DNA from: Thermoproteota archaeon
GTDB lineage: Archaea > Korarchaeota > Korarchaeia > Korarchaeales > Korarchaeaceae
Assembly: GCA_026986575.1 (NCBI GenBank)
Contig: JALSOH010000007.1
Location: 1 to 39,445, forward strand
Direction of reading: 5' to 3'
Length of the DNA: 39,445 bases
Below, one piece after another: positions 11,231 to 21,437 of this stretch. Each line of letters opens with the position of its first letter. The stretch's first letter is position 1. Made by a program: the position numbers and the translations under genes. Under the pieces are notes generated by a model, which worked only from the letters and a program-made list of their open reading frames with translations, did no database searches and was not told the origin of the DNA.

Positions 11231-11322
11231 GTGGCAAATATAACACTAAGCGTGCCGGACTGGCTCACAAGTTGATGAGGAGGTACAAGAGGGTGAACTG
11301 GTCGGAGGTGGCCAGGCGGGCC
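11231..11322 (+). pseudogene. vapB: Truncated, frameshifted RHH antitoxin (archaeal VapB type)
   Basis: MANITLSVPDWL / HKLMRRYKRVNWSEVARRA across one frameshift; NWSEVARRA is a typical archaeal RHH antitoxin motif; C-terminal half missing. Confidence 0.7.
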
Positions 11323-11620
11323 ATGATCCTTGATACCTCCTCTGTCATCCGAAGGGTCAGCCGAAGGAGGGAGTGGGGGGAACATCACCTCCATCACCCT
11401 CATAGAGTATGCGCCCGTGAGGCTCTACGGTAAGTTCCGCGGGAAGATATACTTCCTGACCGAAGCGGACCAACTGAGAGCTGCCTTCTTGCAGGAGAGG
11501 ATGGGATCTTCAGGGAAACCAATGAGCGCCGACCCCCTCGTAGCTGCTGTATGCCTGAACAGGGATGAAGAGCTCCTCACCATGGATGGGGGTTTCCTGT
11601 CCGCATTGGAAGTTGCGGTC
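11323..11620 (+). pseudogene. vapC: Frameshifted PIN-domain toxin (VapC)
   Basis: MILDTSSVI in one frame, then GNITSITLIEY...ADPLVAAVCLNRDEELLTMDGGF in the next; shift at or near the G run at about 11375-11380. Confidence 0.7.
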
Positions 11621-11689
11621 TGGAGTCGTGAAGCGGATGAGAGTGTTCCATCAAACCAACTTTTTGGTTCCTAGCGGAGCGCAATCTAT

Positions 11690-11822
11690 CAGGAAGCCAG
11701 CTTTCGTTGGTATGTGGATTTTTTACGATAGGGGAGATGGATCAGGAGAGGGTTACGGAGCATATTTTCCGGAACAGGGATTAGCTGATCCTTGGGATTG
11801 TTTGACGAAGGGGCTGACCTAA
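11690..11822 (+). pseudogene. Orphan 3' fragment paralogous to the C-terminus of the 30592..33135 gene
   Basis: VGMWIFYDRGDGSGEGYGAYFPEQGLADPWDC versus VGIWMFYDRGDGSGESYGAYFPGEGLADPWDC. Confidence 0.85.
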
Positions 11823-11942
11823 ATAGCATTCCTTCGTACTGCTGGCGGGATCTCTTGTAGGAGCTCCTTCACCGATCTCCCTGGGGCTGGAGACCTTGCG
11901 GTAAAGCATTGAGGGGAAGGTGTCAAAGAGGTGGTCTCCAGC

Positions 11943-12941
11943 TCAGACTGTATCTCCGGGAAGTCCGGGTTCAATCACCGGGACCCTTACCTCCGCGGTC
12001 CTTCCATTGAATCCTAGGAGGAGGATTCCTGTGCCCTCCTCGATCCGGACCTCCACATCGACTACCTTCCTCACCTCGTACCCCTTTCCTCTTATTTTCC
12101 CTTCTCCTCCGTACTGGGGCTTGTTCACTCCAACCAAGACACCCACGACTTCAATCCCTAGAGATTCGAGGGATTCGAGCAGGGCCGCAGCGGTCCCCCC
12201 TGTGGAGAGGGCGTCATCAACCATCAGGACTTTATCGTTCTCCTTCAAACCGTAAATGCGGTAAGTCCCCTCCTCGTATCCGGATGCGTAATCCACCTCC
12301 GTACCTCTCAGGCCGAGGTCCCTCTTCCTCACCACCGCCATGGGCAGACCCGTCTTGTAGGCTATCACCGAGCCTAGGGGGAGTCCCAAGGCTTCGGGCA
12401 CTACTACCTTGTCAAGATCCCTGAAATCCAACCCCTCAAGCAGGTAATCGGTCATGAGGGACACTAGCAGGGGATCAGGTGGAGGAATAGAGTCCGTTAT
12501 CGGATTGATCACGTAGAGGTAGTCTCCCTCCACACCGATTCCGCGTCTGGGCTGCACCTTGGCGAGGGAGAAGGCCTCCAAGAGGAGTTCCCAAAGTACA
12601 TCCCACCTCGTATCGTATGGGAGCCTGTTATGGAAGCAGCTCCACCTTCCGGTGTGGCAGGTCGGACCTGAGGGAACTACCTCGTATATCACGGAGTCGA
12701 AATCACAGTCAGTCCTTATCCTCAGGACCCTGAGCACGTTCCCCGACGTTTCCCCCTTCTTCCATATCGTGTTCCTCGTCCTGCTGAAGAAATGAGCGTA
12801 TCCCGTTTCCATGGTCAGCCTGAGCGCCTCCTCGTTGGCGAAGGCCTGCATGAGTATGGTGCCATCGACGGAGCTCTTAACGATCACGGGTATGAGGCCG
12901 CCCATCTTCCCGAAGTCCAGGTCCTCTAACCCGACCATCAA
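11943..12941 (-). CDS. hisI: Phosphoribosyl-AMP cyclohydrolase fused to an APRT/Hpt-like type I phosphoribosyltransferase
   Basis: N-terminal HisI: [36 protein letters not shown]-terminal PRTase: [37 protein letters not shown]. Confidence 0.9.
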   Translation of the reverse strand: MMVGLEDLDFGKMGGLIPVIVKSSVDGTILMQAFANEEALRLTMETGYAHFFSRTRNTIWKKGETSGNVLRVLRIRTDCDFDSVIYEVVPSGPTCHTGRWSCFHNRLPYDTRWDVLWELLLEAFSLAKVQPRRGIGVEGDYLYVINPITDSIPPPDPLLVSLMTDYLLEGLDFRDLDKVVVPEALGLPLGSVIAYKTGLPMAVVRKRDLGLRGTEVDYASGYEEGTYRIYGLKENDKVLMVDDALSTGGTAAALLESLESLGIEVVGVLVGVNKPQYGGEGKIRGKGYEVRKVVDVEVRIEEGTGILLLGFNGRTAEVRVPVIEPGLPGDTV

Positions 12942-13708
12942 GGGAGCCTCACCTCCACACCCCTCTCCATCAAGTACCTCTTCAGGTCGGGGATCCTCAC
13001 CTCCCCGAAGTGAAAGACGCTGGCCGCCAGGACGGCGTCGGCCCCCGCCATTAAGGCCTCGTAGAAGTGCTCCATCCTCCCTGCACCGCCGCTCGCTATT
13101 ACCGGGATTGAGACCGCCTCAGAGACTTCCCTTATGAGGTCTAAGTCGTACCCTGTCTTCGTACCGTCCCTGTCTATGGATGTGAGGAGTATCTCTCCTG
13201 CCCCGAGATCCTCCACTCTTTTGGCCCATTTCACAACATCCATGCCGGTCGGCTCCGTTCCTCCCCTGATGTAGACCTCCCACCAGCCCCTTCCATCCCT
13301 CCTCTTCGCATCTATGGCAACCACTACACACTGGGAGCCGAAGATCCCAGCCGCTTCCCTCACTATCTCAGGCCTAATCACAGCAGCCGTGTTCACCGAT
13401 ACTTTGTCCGCCCCGGCCCTGAGGAGGGAGAAGAAATCATCCACCGATCTAACCCCGCCACCCACGGTGAAGGGTATGGAGAGGCTCCCCGCTACCTCCC
13501 TCACCAGTTGGAGCAGGGTCCCCCTCCCCTCAAGGCTGGCGGATATGTCGAGGAAAACGAGCTCGTCAGCTCCCTCCTCATCGTATATCTTGGCTTGAGA
13601 GACAGGATCCCCAGCATCCCTCAGGTTAACGAAGCTGATCCCCTTAACCACCCTCCCTCCCCTGACATCGAGGCATGGAATGATCCTCTTTGCGGTCAAA
13701 TCTCCCAC
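12938..13708 (-). CDS. hisF: Imidazole glycerol phosphate synthase cyclase subunit
   Basis: [60 protein letters not shown]. Confidence 0.97.
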   Translation of the reverse strand: MGDLTAKRIIPCLDVRGGRVVKGISFVNLRDAGDPVSQAKIYDEEGADELVFLDISASLEGRGTLLQLVREVAGSLSIPFTVGGGVRSVDDFFSLLRAGADKVSVNTAAVIRPEIVREAAGIFGSQCVVVAIDAKRRDGRGWWEVYIRGGTEPTGMDVVKWAKRVEDLGAGEILLTSIDRDGTKTGYDLDLIREVSEAVSIPVIASGGAGRMEHFYEALMAGADAVLAASVFHFGEVRIPDLKRYLMERGVEVRLP

Positions 13709-14388
13709 CCCATCCCCCTGATCTCTCCCAAGAGGCCCTCGTAGAGTGCTCTCCCCACCACCGCCCCGGAGAAACCCCCGTCCCTGAGCAGCTCCAAGTC
13801 CTTTATGGATCCCACTCCGCCAGCATACACGATCTCCAGCCGGTTGAATGCTCTGGGCAGATGGAGCAGCTTCCGATCTGGTCCGGACAATGTACCATCA
13901 GCCCCTATCCCGGTGACTAGGAAGCTCTCCACACCTAGGGAGGATAACCGCCTCATGGCTTCCTCAACGGTGACAGGTAGCTCCTCCTTCCATCCCCTCA
14001 CCCTGACCCTCCCACCGTAACTATCGATCGCCACAACTATGGGTCCGAGCTCAAGGCCTCTCTCTATGGACTCCGGTTTAGAAAAGGCCATGGTGGAGAC
14101 CACCGGGATCGCTCCCCAGGAGAGGACCTCCTCAATCCTCTCTAGGCTCCTGATCCCTCCCCCGACCTGCGGGACAATCCCCGTATCAGATGCCCGCTCC
14201 ACCAGAGTCCTCACCATATCGTAGTTTCTCCCTTCACCCATGGCAGCGTCTAGGTCCACTATATGGATCCTTTTGGCTCCTAGGAACCTATCCAGCCAAT
14301 ATAGCGGGTCCCCGTAGTCTAAAATGACGCCTCTAGCTAGCCTGACCGCCCTTCCACCCATCAGGTCTATAGCAGGTATGACCATCAT
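13696..14388 (-). CDS. hisA: ProFAR isomerase
   Basis: [51 protein letters not shown]. Confidence 0.93.
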   Translation of the reverse strand: MMVIPAIDLMGGRAVRLARGVILDYGDPLYWLDRFLGAKRIHIVDLDAAMGEGRNYDMVRTLVERASDTGIVPQVGGGIRSLERIEEVLSWGAIPVVSTMAFSKPESIERGLELGPIVVAIDSYGGRVRVRGWKEELPVTVEEAMRRLSSLGVESFLVTGIGADGTLSGPDRKLLHLPRAFNRLEIVYAGGVGSIKDLELLRDGGFSGAVVGRALYEGLLGEIRGMGWEI

Positions 14389-14948
14389 CAGCGCCTCGCC
14401 TCCTTCAGGAAGTTGGAGAGCACCTCCCTCCCAAGCCTCCCGGACTTCTCAGGATGGAACTGGGTGCCAAAGAGGCTTCCCTTCTCTATTATGGCTGGGA
14501 CGTCCACCCCGTATCTGACGATTCCCCTTACTACGTCCTCTCTAGGCACGGCGTAGTATGAGTGGGCGAAGTAGAAGTAGCCGGTTCCCTCGAAAATCCT
14601 GCTCCATCCCCTAACGAGGCTCCATCCCATGTGCGGAGCCTTCATGCCCCTCGGGAGCCTAACAATCTCGCCCCTCATGAGGCCGAGACCGGGAAGCGAG
14701 CCCTCCTCGCTCCTCTCGAAGAGGAGCTGCATACCGAGGCATATGCCCAGTGTAGGGGTTCTCTCGGCGAGAGCGTCCCGCAGGTGGCCAGCCCTCTCCA
14801 GAGCCCCATCGTAGCTGCCCACCCCCGGCAGGATCAGGGCATCGTAGTCCTCCTCGACTATTTCCGCTCCCAGATCCCTCAGCGCTTTGGTCACACTGAA
14901 CACGTTGCCCACCCCATAGTCGAAGATCCTAACCCTCAACGTCCACAA
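14388..14948 (-). CDS. hisH: Imidazole glycerol phosphate synthase glutaminase subunit
   Basis: DYGVGNV, LPGVG, LGICLGMQLL, PHMGW, YFAHSY, QFHPEKS; start may be a few codons later. Confidence 0.96.
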   Translation of the reverse strand: MWTLRVRIFDYGVGNVFSVTKALRDLGAEIVEEDYDALILPGVGSYDGALERAGHLRDALAERTPTLGICLGMQLLFERSEEGSLPGLGLMRGEIVRLPRGMKAPHMGWSLVRGWSRIFEGTGYFYFAHSYYAVPREDVVRGIVRYGVDVPAIIEKGSLFGTQFHPEKSGRLGREVLSNFLKEARR

Positions 14949-15495
14949 CCCCCTTGGTGCTCCTGAGCTCAGGAGAGGGACCCATCGCCTGGGCTAGCGA
15001 TAGAGCCAAGGACTTGTAGGTCGCCTCCACGGCGTGATGTAGGTTTCCCGCCCTGATGGCTATAACGTGGATCGTCGCCAGCGACCCCCTAGCTAGGGCC
15101 TCTATCCCGTGCATCAGGTCATCCACCGCCAGTCCCTCGACCTGGCCCCCCTCGAGATTGCAGGAGAAGTGGGCTCTCCCACCCAAGTCAACGGAGGTCA
15201 TGACAAGGGATTCATCCATCGGTATCGCGGACCACCCGAACCTCGCTATGCCCCTCCTATCCCCCAGTTCCCTGGAGATGGCCCTCCCCAGGAGGAAGAG
15301 GAGGTCCTCTAAGAGGTGGTGGGCCAGATCCCACTCGGCCTTGACCTCCAAATCGATACCCGAATGGAAGACCAGCTGCTCCAGCATGTGATCGAAGAAA
15401 GGGAGACCGGTCCTCCCCTCGAGGGAGCCGGTACCCCTCAACTCCAGCCTCAGCCTTATCCTGGTCTCGGCGCTCTCCCTGCTCACCTCTATCAT
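14929..15495 (-). CDS. hisB: Imidazoleglycerol-phosphate dehydratase
   Basis: TGLPFFDHML, HHLLED, PMDESL, NLHHAVEA, STKG; ATG 15495 overlaps the hisC stop. Confidence 0.95.
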   Translation of the reverse strand: MIEVSRESAETRIRLRLELRGTGSLEGRTGLPFFDHMLEQLVFHSGIDLEVKAEWDLAHHLLEDLLFLLGRAISRELGDRRGIARFGWSAIPMDESLVMTSVDLGGRAHFSCNLEGGQVEGLAVDDLMHGIEALARGSLATIHVIAIRAGNLHHAVEATYKSLALSLAQAMGPSPELRSTKGVVDVEG

Positions 15496-16436
15496 GGGAT
15501 CACCTCGAGTTCCTCTAACAGGCCGTCCATCACCTCCCATGGGACTAGAGTGATCCTGATACCCCTGGCTCCAGGCCTATCCACGAGCCTCACCGCGAAC
15601 CCCCTAGCCCTCAGGCGCTCCCAAGCTTCCCTGCCCAGCGACTTTATGAAGACGAAGTTCGTGGAGGAGTCGGGCACCTCGAATCCAATGGCCCTGAGCC
15701 TGCCTGTTAGTCTCTCTCTGACCCTCTCGACCTCCTTCACGGACTCGTGGACCAGACCACTCATTTCCAAGGCCCTGATGGCCATGGCCTCTGAGGGCGC
15801 TGACACCTGATAGGGGAGGGATCTCCCCTTAGCCAGCGTCACGACCTCCTCGGGAGAGATGGCGTACCCGACCCTCAGTCCCGCCAACCCCCACGCCTTG
15901 GAAAAGGTCCTCACAACGGTGAGCGTCTCGTCCACGTCCCTCAGGAAACCCTCCGACCCTGAAAACTCCACATAGGCCTCGTCAACCACCACGTGGCCGA
16001 TGGATCTCAGCTCCTCCACGAAACCTCGAGAGTAAGAGAGGCCCGTGGGATTGTTGGGAGTGTTGACTATTATGAGGTCGCATTCGGCCAGCGGGTCGAT
16101 ATCCGGGTAGACGGAGGATCTCACCTCCTTGCCCATAGATCTAGCCAAGTGTTCGTACATTGAGTAGGCTGGCTCGACTATACCGACCCTATCCGCTCCG
16201 GATATAAGCATCCTCAGAACATCATCGGCCCCGGCCCCCGGGAGGACCGAGCCTTCATCAACATTCAGGAATGAAGAGAGGGCCTCGACCAGGCGATCGG
16301 CCCAGGGAGTCGGGTAGAACCTGATGAGGTTCATCTCGACGACCTTAATCAGCTCCTCGTAGTAGGTGGAGGGAAGGAAGAGGTTCTCGTTGTAGAAGAG
16401 CCTTTCTCCCCCCTCGTAGATGGGGATAAGCTCCAT
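15492..16436 (-). CDS. hisC: Histidinol-phosphate aminotransferase
   Basis: PNNPTG, VVDEAYVEF, RTFSKAWGLAGLRVGY; operon context. Confidence 0.92.
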   Translation of the reverse strand: MELIPIYEGGERLFYNENLFLPSTYYEELIKVVEMNLIRFYPTPWADRLVEALSSFLNVDEGSVLPGAGADDVLRMLISGADRVGIVEPAYSMYEHLARSMGKEVRSSVYPDIDPLAECDLIIVNTPNNPTGLSYSRGFVEELRSIGHVVVDEAYVEFSGSEGFLRDVDETLTVVRTFSKAWGLAGLRVGYAISPEEVVTLAKGRSLPYQVSAPSEAMAIRALEMSGLVHESVKEVERVRERLTGRLRAIGFEVPDSSTNFVFIKSLGREAWERLRARGFAVRLVDRPGARGIRITLVPWEVMDGLLEELEVIP

Positions 16437-17410
16437 CAGCTCTCACCTATCCCCTCCACATCCTCCAGCAGAAGGACCTGCCTTGGATCGGTCACCACAA
16501 GTCCCTGGGCAAGTCTTCTAAGCCTAGGGAGTAGCTCCAGCAGTTTTCCCCTCTCCAAGACCGTGTTGACCGCGAACCACCCTTCTTCGGAGAGCTTGGA
16601 TATGGTCGGACCCTTCAAGGCAGGGAGTATGGAGATCAGTTCCTCGAGATTATCCTCCCTTACGTTGAGGAATATGTGAACCCTCCTCCTCGCGTACACG
16701 ACACCTCTGAAGAGAGCGTATATGTCCTTTATCCTCTCAAGCTTGTCCTCGTCCCTAAGAGAATCCTTGTTCGCTATTAGCACCGCGCTGCTCTCGCATA
16801 CCTCCTCAACGACCCTCAAACCGTTCTGAGCTAGGGTAGTCCCCGTGGCTGTGTTATCTATTATCGCGTCGGCATCCTCCGGCGGCTTCGCCTCGGTTGC
16901 CCCGAAGGAGAGGATGAGCCTGAACCTCTCGTTCCCCTCCACCCTGTACCACGGTGTTATTACAGTTGGGGGTCGGTCGTAGACCTCCTTGTAGCTTGGC
17001 CTGCTGGATACCCATTCCGACGCCAAATTGAGGTACTCGGTGGAGATACTCACCGGTCTCTCCATTGAGAGATTCACCAGGTCGTCTAGGGAGCTTATTT
17101 CAGAATTTACCGGTGCTGCTAGGACGAGTCTCACTTTCCCGTAATCCAAGTCAAGCAGTTCCCTGACATCGGCCCTGTTCTCCCTGACCCAATCCCTTCC
17201 AGCTATCCCCAGGTCGTAGGTCCCCTCCTGAACTAAGACCGGTATCTCCTGCGGCCTGAGTATCTTCACGCTGAGGTCGGGGTAATCGACCTTAGGCCTG
17301 TAAGATCTCGAGGCACCGTATATATTTATTCCAGATTGCCTGATGAAGGAAAAGGTGTCCTCCTCCAAGGAGCCCTTTGGAATGGCCATCCTAACGGTGA
17401 ACGGGATCAC
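16436..17410 (-). CDS. hisG: ATP phosphoribosyltransferase, long form
   Basis: MAIPKGSL, LRPQEIP, DLGIAGRDW, SFGATEAKPPEDADAIID, TGTTL, C-terminal regulatory domain LPALKGPTIS. Confidence 0.96.
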   Translation of the reverse strand: MIPFTVRMAIPKGSLEEDTFSFIRQSGINIYGASRSYRPKVDYPDLSVKILRPQEIPVLVQEGTYDLGIAGRDWVRENRADVRELLDLDYGKVRLVLAAPVNSEISSLDDLVNLSMERPVSISTEYLNLASEWVSSRPSYKEVYDRPPTVITPWYRVEGNERFRLILSFGATEAKPPEDADAIIDNTATGTTLAQNGLRVVEEVCESSAVLIANKDSLRDEDKLERIKDIYALFRGVVYARRRVHIFLNVREDNLEELISILPALKGPTISKLSEEGWFAVNTVLERGKLLELLPRLRRLAQGLVVTDPRQVLLLEDVEGIGES

Positions 17411-17840
17411 CGGTCATGAGATCACCACAACGACCTCACCCTTCCAATATATAAGCGTGACGTGGATGGGTCTATTGGAGGATGGCTAGGTAGCTGGAAC
17501 CACGGGCGTTAACCGCTCTCATGGACCACCTATTACAAATACTCCGACGCTCAGCCTCGAGGGAGGTTCGACCAAAGTTTGGACCTCTATCCTCGCCCTT
17601 CTCGCATCCTTTCTCCTTGGTGTTCCTCATTTTGGTATACTTGAATCCGCGCGAGAACAAGCGAAGTAACATGGGGCGCTTGGCATAAGGGGAAAGGGAA
17701 AAGTTTGTATTAACGGTTCTGATGGAAATTGCGGCTCCAAGTGGTTGGAACTTTCTCGTATTCTACACCAGAGGTGATCGCGTTCTGCTCGGAGCCGGAT
17801 CCTTAAATGGCGGACCCAACGGCTATTATCGAGGGGGTCC

Positions 17841-18218
17841 ATGGAACTGGGTAGATGGGGGAGCGCGGGAATCGTCCTGCTCGGTATCGCCGCCCTGATA
17901 ATCGCTTTGCTGGCAGTCCACTTCTACGTCACATCCCTCCTCTCACGCCCTCCGGACATGTTGAGATCCGACTTCCACGCCTACTGCGAGTACGGCACCG
18001 TGATAATCCACGCTAACGCCCGTCTCGATGGGGTGAAGGTCATGGATGCGAGAGGTAATCTCATCTGTAGGTTGCCTGAGGTACCTGCGGGCAGCGACGA
18101 GGTGTGCGAGGTTGGCGGGAGTGGTGTGTACGTGGTGGAGTCGGGACGTGCGAAGAGGGCCGTGGTATGCAGGGAGATGGGCGTGGTTGCGGTGACCTCA
18201 GCCAGAGTCGGCGACTGA
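17841..18218 (+). CDS. Small membrane-anchored/exported protein, possibly pilin-like
   Basis: Short charged N-terminus, about 22-aa hydrophobic helix, Cys-containing beta-rich domain. Confidence 0.6.
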   Translation: MELGRWGSAGIVLLGIAALIIALLAVHFYVTSLLSRPPDMLRSDFHAYCEYGTVIIHANARLDGVKVMDARGNLICRLPEVPAGSDEVCEVGGSGVYVVESGRAKRAVVCREMGVVAVTSARVGD

Positions 18219-18392
18219 GGAAAGAGCTAGACCGACTGAACTACTCACTTAGGGTACACACCATCCGATCTGCCTGCGCGATCGGCAGCCGAGGCTTCCC
18301 ATATCTCTTCCCGTAACTGACCAAGCGCATCGACGCGAAAGGTTTTTCCCCTCTGTGGGAGCGGATGAGACCGAAATAGGAGGTAAACCACC

Positions 18393-20111
18393 TTGTTGCA
18401 AGCGAGAGTTCCCCTGCTCTTACTGATCCTGATCTTATCGGGACTTATCAGTATGGCGGTCCCGCGCCCCGAGCCCAACGGCAGGGTACGCCTCTACCTC
18501 ATGGGCCAACCAACCCCTACCAGAATGAGGGTGGCCGCCATCTCCGAGATCGTTGAGGTGGAACCGATAGGGGATGCTATCAGGGAGCTGAAGCGCTCTG
18601 GCGCAAGACCCATCCTCTACGACTGGCTCTTCGCCAGATATGAGTGGGAAGCCGGGGATTGGAACGAGTCCCTCTTCTTAGTGAGGTTCGATGGTCCATA
18701 CGGTCCTGCCCTAGCCTACGACTACGGTAGCGAGGAGGTAAGGTCTCTGAGGGCCAAGGAGCTGATCGACAGGATGGTGAGGTACGGGTACGAGGGGGTC
18801 TTCTTCGACTGGTTCCCCGTGGCCTGCGATCCCGATATAGCTGAGGAGGAGTCTCCGGGCTACGTGGAGGAGTTCAGGAGGAGGCACCCCGGCGAGAGCC
18901 TCCAGGAGGCCCTGCTCTCTTTTATAGGCGAGCTCAGGGAGGAGGGAGAGAGGAGGGGCCTGAGGGTTTTCATAGTCTCCAACCAGGCCTACAGGTGCGG
19001 ACCGCGGGTCATGGCCTCCGTGGACTGGGACATCAGCGAGTCCTACTTCACCGATGTCAGGAACGGGACAACGGTCTTCTTCCCATGGGAGGCTGGGAAC
19101 TGGGAGAGCCCAGCTGCCTACGTCCCCGAGCTCGTGGAGTCCGTGTACGAGGAGGCCAAAAGGATTAATTTCAGGCTGGGGTTCACGCACGTGAGCTATG
19201 CACTGCCCGGAGATGAGGACGCATCCTTTTACGCCTTCGCCGGAGCAATGACCTTCGGACACGACGGGATCGCTCTAACACCTTCAGAGCTTGAAGGGGA
19301 GGTGTTGAGTGACGGGGTGCCGAATGCCTACTGGCTGGGATGCTTCCGGTACAGGATCAACTCGAGCCACTGGGCCCTCGCGGTCTACGACCTAGGGGTG
19401 GTCGCGGCCGGTCAGGTCCCCATCGAGGTCCCGGGCGAGCTGAGGGGGGCGGAGGTTTACGACCTTAGGGAGGGGAGGGTCAGGAGGCTCGATGTGGTTG
19501 GGAGGAACGGTCCCTGGGGAGATGTGTTCCTGAGACTGCCAGCCAGATCGGGCGTGCTCTCGTGCCCCGGGGAGAGGCTTGAGGTGAGCTTGTGGTCAGA
19601 CCTCGTTGAGGGAGCGCTGGAGACCCTCGCGTCCCTTGGGAAATGCTCTCTCCGCGTTAAGGAGCTGTCCCAGGCAGAGAGGGTGGAGTCATGGTCTTGG
19701 AGGGAGGCGAGCAGGGAAGTGGTCGTGGTGGCCAATGACATAGACTGGAGGATGAGCGGCCTCCTCCTGGAGAAGAGGCTCAAGGAGGAGGGTATTCAGG
19801 TTTCCAGGGCTCCTCTATCCTTCCAGGGGTTGAGGGAGGCGCTCCTCGACAGCAAGGTCCTCATAGTACTCGGGGGCAGGAGGAGTCTGGTCACCGGACC
19901 CCTGATGGAGCCCGTGACCTCGAGGCTCGATGGGTGGGAGGGGAGGCTGGGGCCTGGCAGACTAGTGATGTGGTTATGGGGGGAAGATAGGTACGGGACG
20001 AGGGAGGCGACGCTCTCCCACCTAGAGGGCGTGGTCTCGGAGGTCAAGAACGTCCTCTCGCCGCTTCCCAGGTGCCCCTCAGGCGATCGGCTCAGGACCG
20101 GAGGAGGGTGA
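18393..20111 (+). CDS. Secreted glycoside-hydrolase-like TIM-barrel protein with C-terminal archaeal cell-surface (CWB2-like) domain
   Basis: Signal peptide; GYEGVFFDW and FIVSNQ..DISESY resemble GH114/GH166-like barrels; C-terminal VVVVANDID...VLGG...GEDRYGT module. Confidence 0.6.
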   Translation: MLQARVPLLLLILILSGLISMAVPRPEPNGRVRLYLMGQPTPTRMRVAAISEIVEVEPIGDAIRELKRSGARPILYDWLFARYEWEAGDWNESLFLVRFDGPYGPALAYDYGSEEVRSLRAKELIDRMVRYGYEGVFFDWFPVACDPDIAEEESPGYVEEFRRRHPGESLQEALLSFIGELREEGERRGLRVFIVSNQAYRCGPRVMASVDWDISESYFTDVRNGTTVFFPWEAGNWESPAAYVPELVESVYEEAKRINFRLGFTHVSYALPGDEDASFYAFAGAMTFGHDGIALTPSELEGEVLSDGVPNAYWLGCFRYRINSSHWALAVYDLGVVAAGQVPIEVPGELRGAEVYDLREGRVRRLDVVGRNGPWGDVFLRLPARSGVLSCPGERLEVSLWSDLVEGALETLASLGKCSLRVKELSQAERVESWSWREASREVVVVANDIDWRMSGLLLEKRLKEEGIQVSRAPLSFQGLREALLDSKVLIVLGGRRSLVTGPLMEPVTSRLDGWEGRLGPGRLVMWLWGEDRYGTREATLSHLEGVVSEVKNVLSPLPRCPSGDRLRTGGG

Positions 20112-20153
20112 TGAGATCCTCCTCACCCCAAAGAACGCTCATTTTCCTCCCAA

Positions 20154-20385
20154 TCACATCCACCAGCACCTACTCCTTCCTCCTTCCGAGGAAGCTGAGG
20201 ATATCGCGCGCATGAGCTCGGGTGTGAGCTCACAGGAAGAGCCCTCTCCCATTATATTATCCAATAAAACCTCCAGCAGGATCGAGTCCTCGAGCACCCT
20301 CCAAGCCCCCAAGAGGAGGGAGCCAGTCGCCACGCCCAAGTGACCACCAACCCAGTCGATGGAATCGTCGGCGGGAACTCCTAGG
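20154..20385 (-). pseudogene. Fragment paralogous to the 3' part of the 8657..9121 gene
   Basis: ADDSIDWVGGHLGVATGSLLLGAWRVLEDS versus ADDSIDWVGGHLGVAAGPLLLRTGRVFEDS; near-identical DNA at about 20328-20381 and about 8765-8820. Confidence 0.8.
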
Positions 20386-20496
20386 GAGCTCCGGTGGAGT
20401 GAGGTAGCAATTGTAACAACAGCAGCTCAGAGCTTCCTCTCAGCAGTGAAGGGGAAGGGTCACGTGAGCGATATATAGAGGCGCGCCGCTTTTTTC

Positions 20497-20517
20497 CTTA
20501 CCTCTTACCTCTTACCT
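20497..20517. repeat. Short tandem repeat (CTTACCT)x3
   Basis: Directly visible, intergenic. Confidence 0.6.
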
Positions 20518-20649
20518 CGCTAAGAGTTCTTCGAAGATAGGTTTGGCATTGTGACCGATTGCCACACCCTAATTGCTCGGTGGGGGAAGGAGATACGTAT
20601 GATCCACGATCTTCCCGCTTGCGATCCCGAGTGGGCAGGCCGGGGATTA

Positions 20650-21046
20650 TCAGAATACCCTTGTAACCCAGTCAATCCGGTCAAAATCCCTGTCATTACT
20701 CACCACTATTCTTATTCCTTCCCTCTTCATCTGGGCTGCTATGATCAGATCGTCCCACATTTTCAGGCTTATACCCTCTCTCCTAGCATAACTCAGGGGC
20801 CTCAATGAAGTCTTCAAAGAGGGTGGGCAGCACTTCCACTGGATGATCTTCCAAGAACTCGAGAAATAGAGGAATTGCGTTCAGAGATCCCTTCCTCTCC
20901 AAGTGAGCCAACACTTGGGAGATCACCAGGGTGGATGTTACCAATCTTCCTTCCCCGAGGAGGACTTTGGCTCTCTCCCCGTACCTGGGATCCGCTCTCA
21001 AGACATACAGGAATACGTTAGAATCAACGAATTTCCTCTCTGGCAA
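20650..21046 (-). pseudogene. vapC: PIN-domain toxin VapC with a single +1 frameshift
   Basis: KFVDSNVFLY...STLVISQV; removing one base from the G run at 20796-20799 continues ALSYARREGISLKMWDDLIIAAQMKREGIRIVVSNDRDFDRIDWVTRVF*. Confidence 0.88.
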
Positions 21047-21254
21047 GTCCCCCCTCCACATCCTCCAGTTCCACCTCTCCAACGCCCGCGGCTCCGAATA
21101 GATCGTTAACAGAGACCTTTCTCTTAGGGATGAGGACTATCTTTCCCTCCTTCACTTCCATTATGAGGACAGTGCCCTCCTTCAGTCCCAGAAGTTTCCT
21201 AATCTTGGAGGGTATCACTACCCTCCCTCTCTTTCCGAGCCTCACCTCCAACAT
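21024..21254 (-). CDS. vapB: AbrB/MazE/SpoVT-type antitoxin
   Basis: MLEVRLGKRGRVVIPSKIRKLLGLKEGTVL; overlaps the vapC start. Confidence 0.9.
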   Translation of the reverse strand: MLEVRLGKRGRVVIPSKIRKLLGLKEGTVLIMEVKEGKIVLIPKRKVSVNDLFGAAGVGEVELEDVEGGLAREEIR

Positions 21255-21437
21255 GTTATCCAACATGCTAGTGTGGGATTTCCCATATAAGAATTCCCAC
21301 AGCAATCTCCGGTCCTTCGAAGGTGAGGCATCTGCGCACACTATGAAGAGGTAAGGGGGTATGAAGAGGGAAAGGGAGGTTCGCCGTACGAAACTGTTAA
21401 ATAAATACTTAATAGTCAAATATACTCATAGGTTGAC

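Noticed and set aside
17420-17830. Possible his attenuator or RNA gene upstream of hisG
   Set aside because: No His-codon leader peptide, tRNA cloverleaf or recognisable RNA motif seen.
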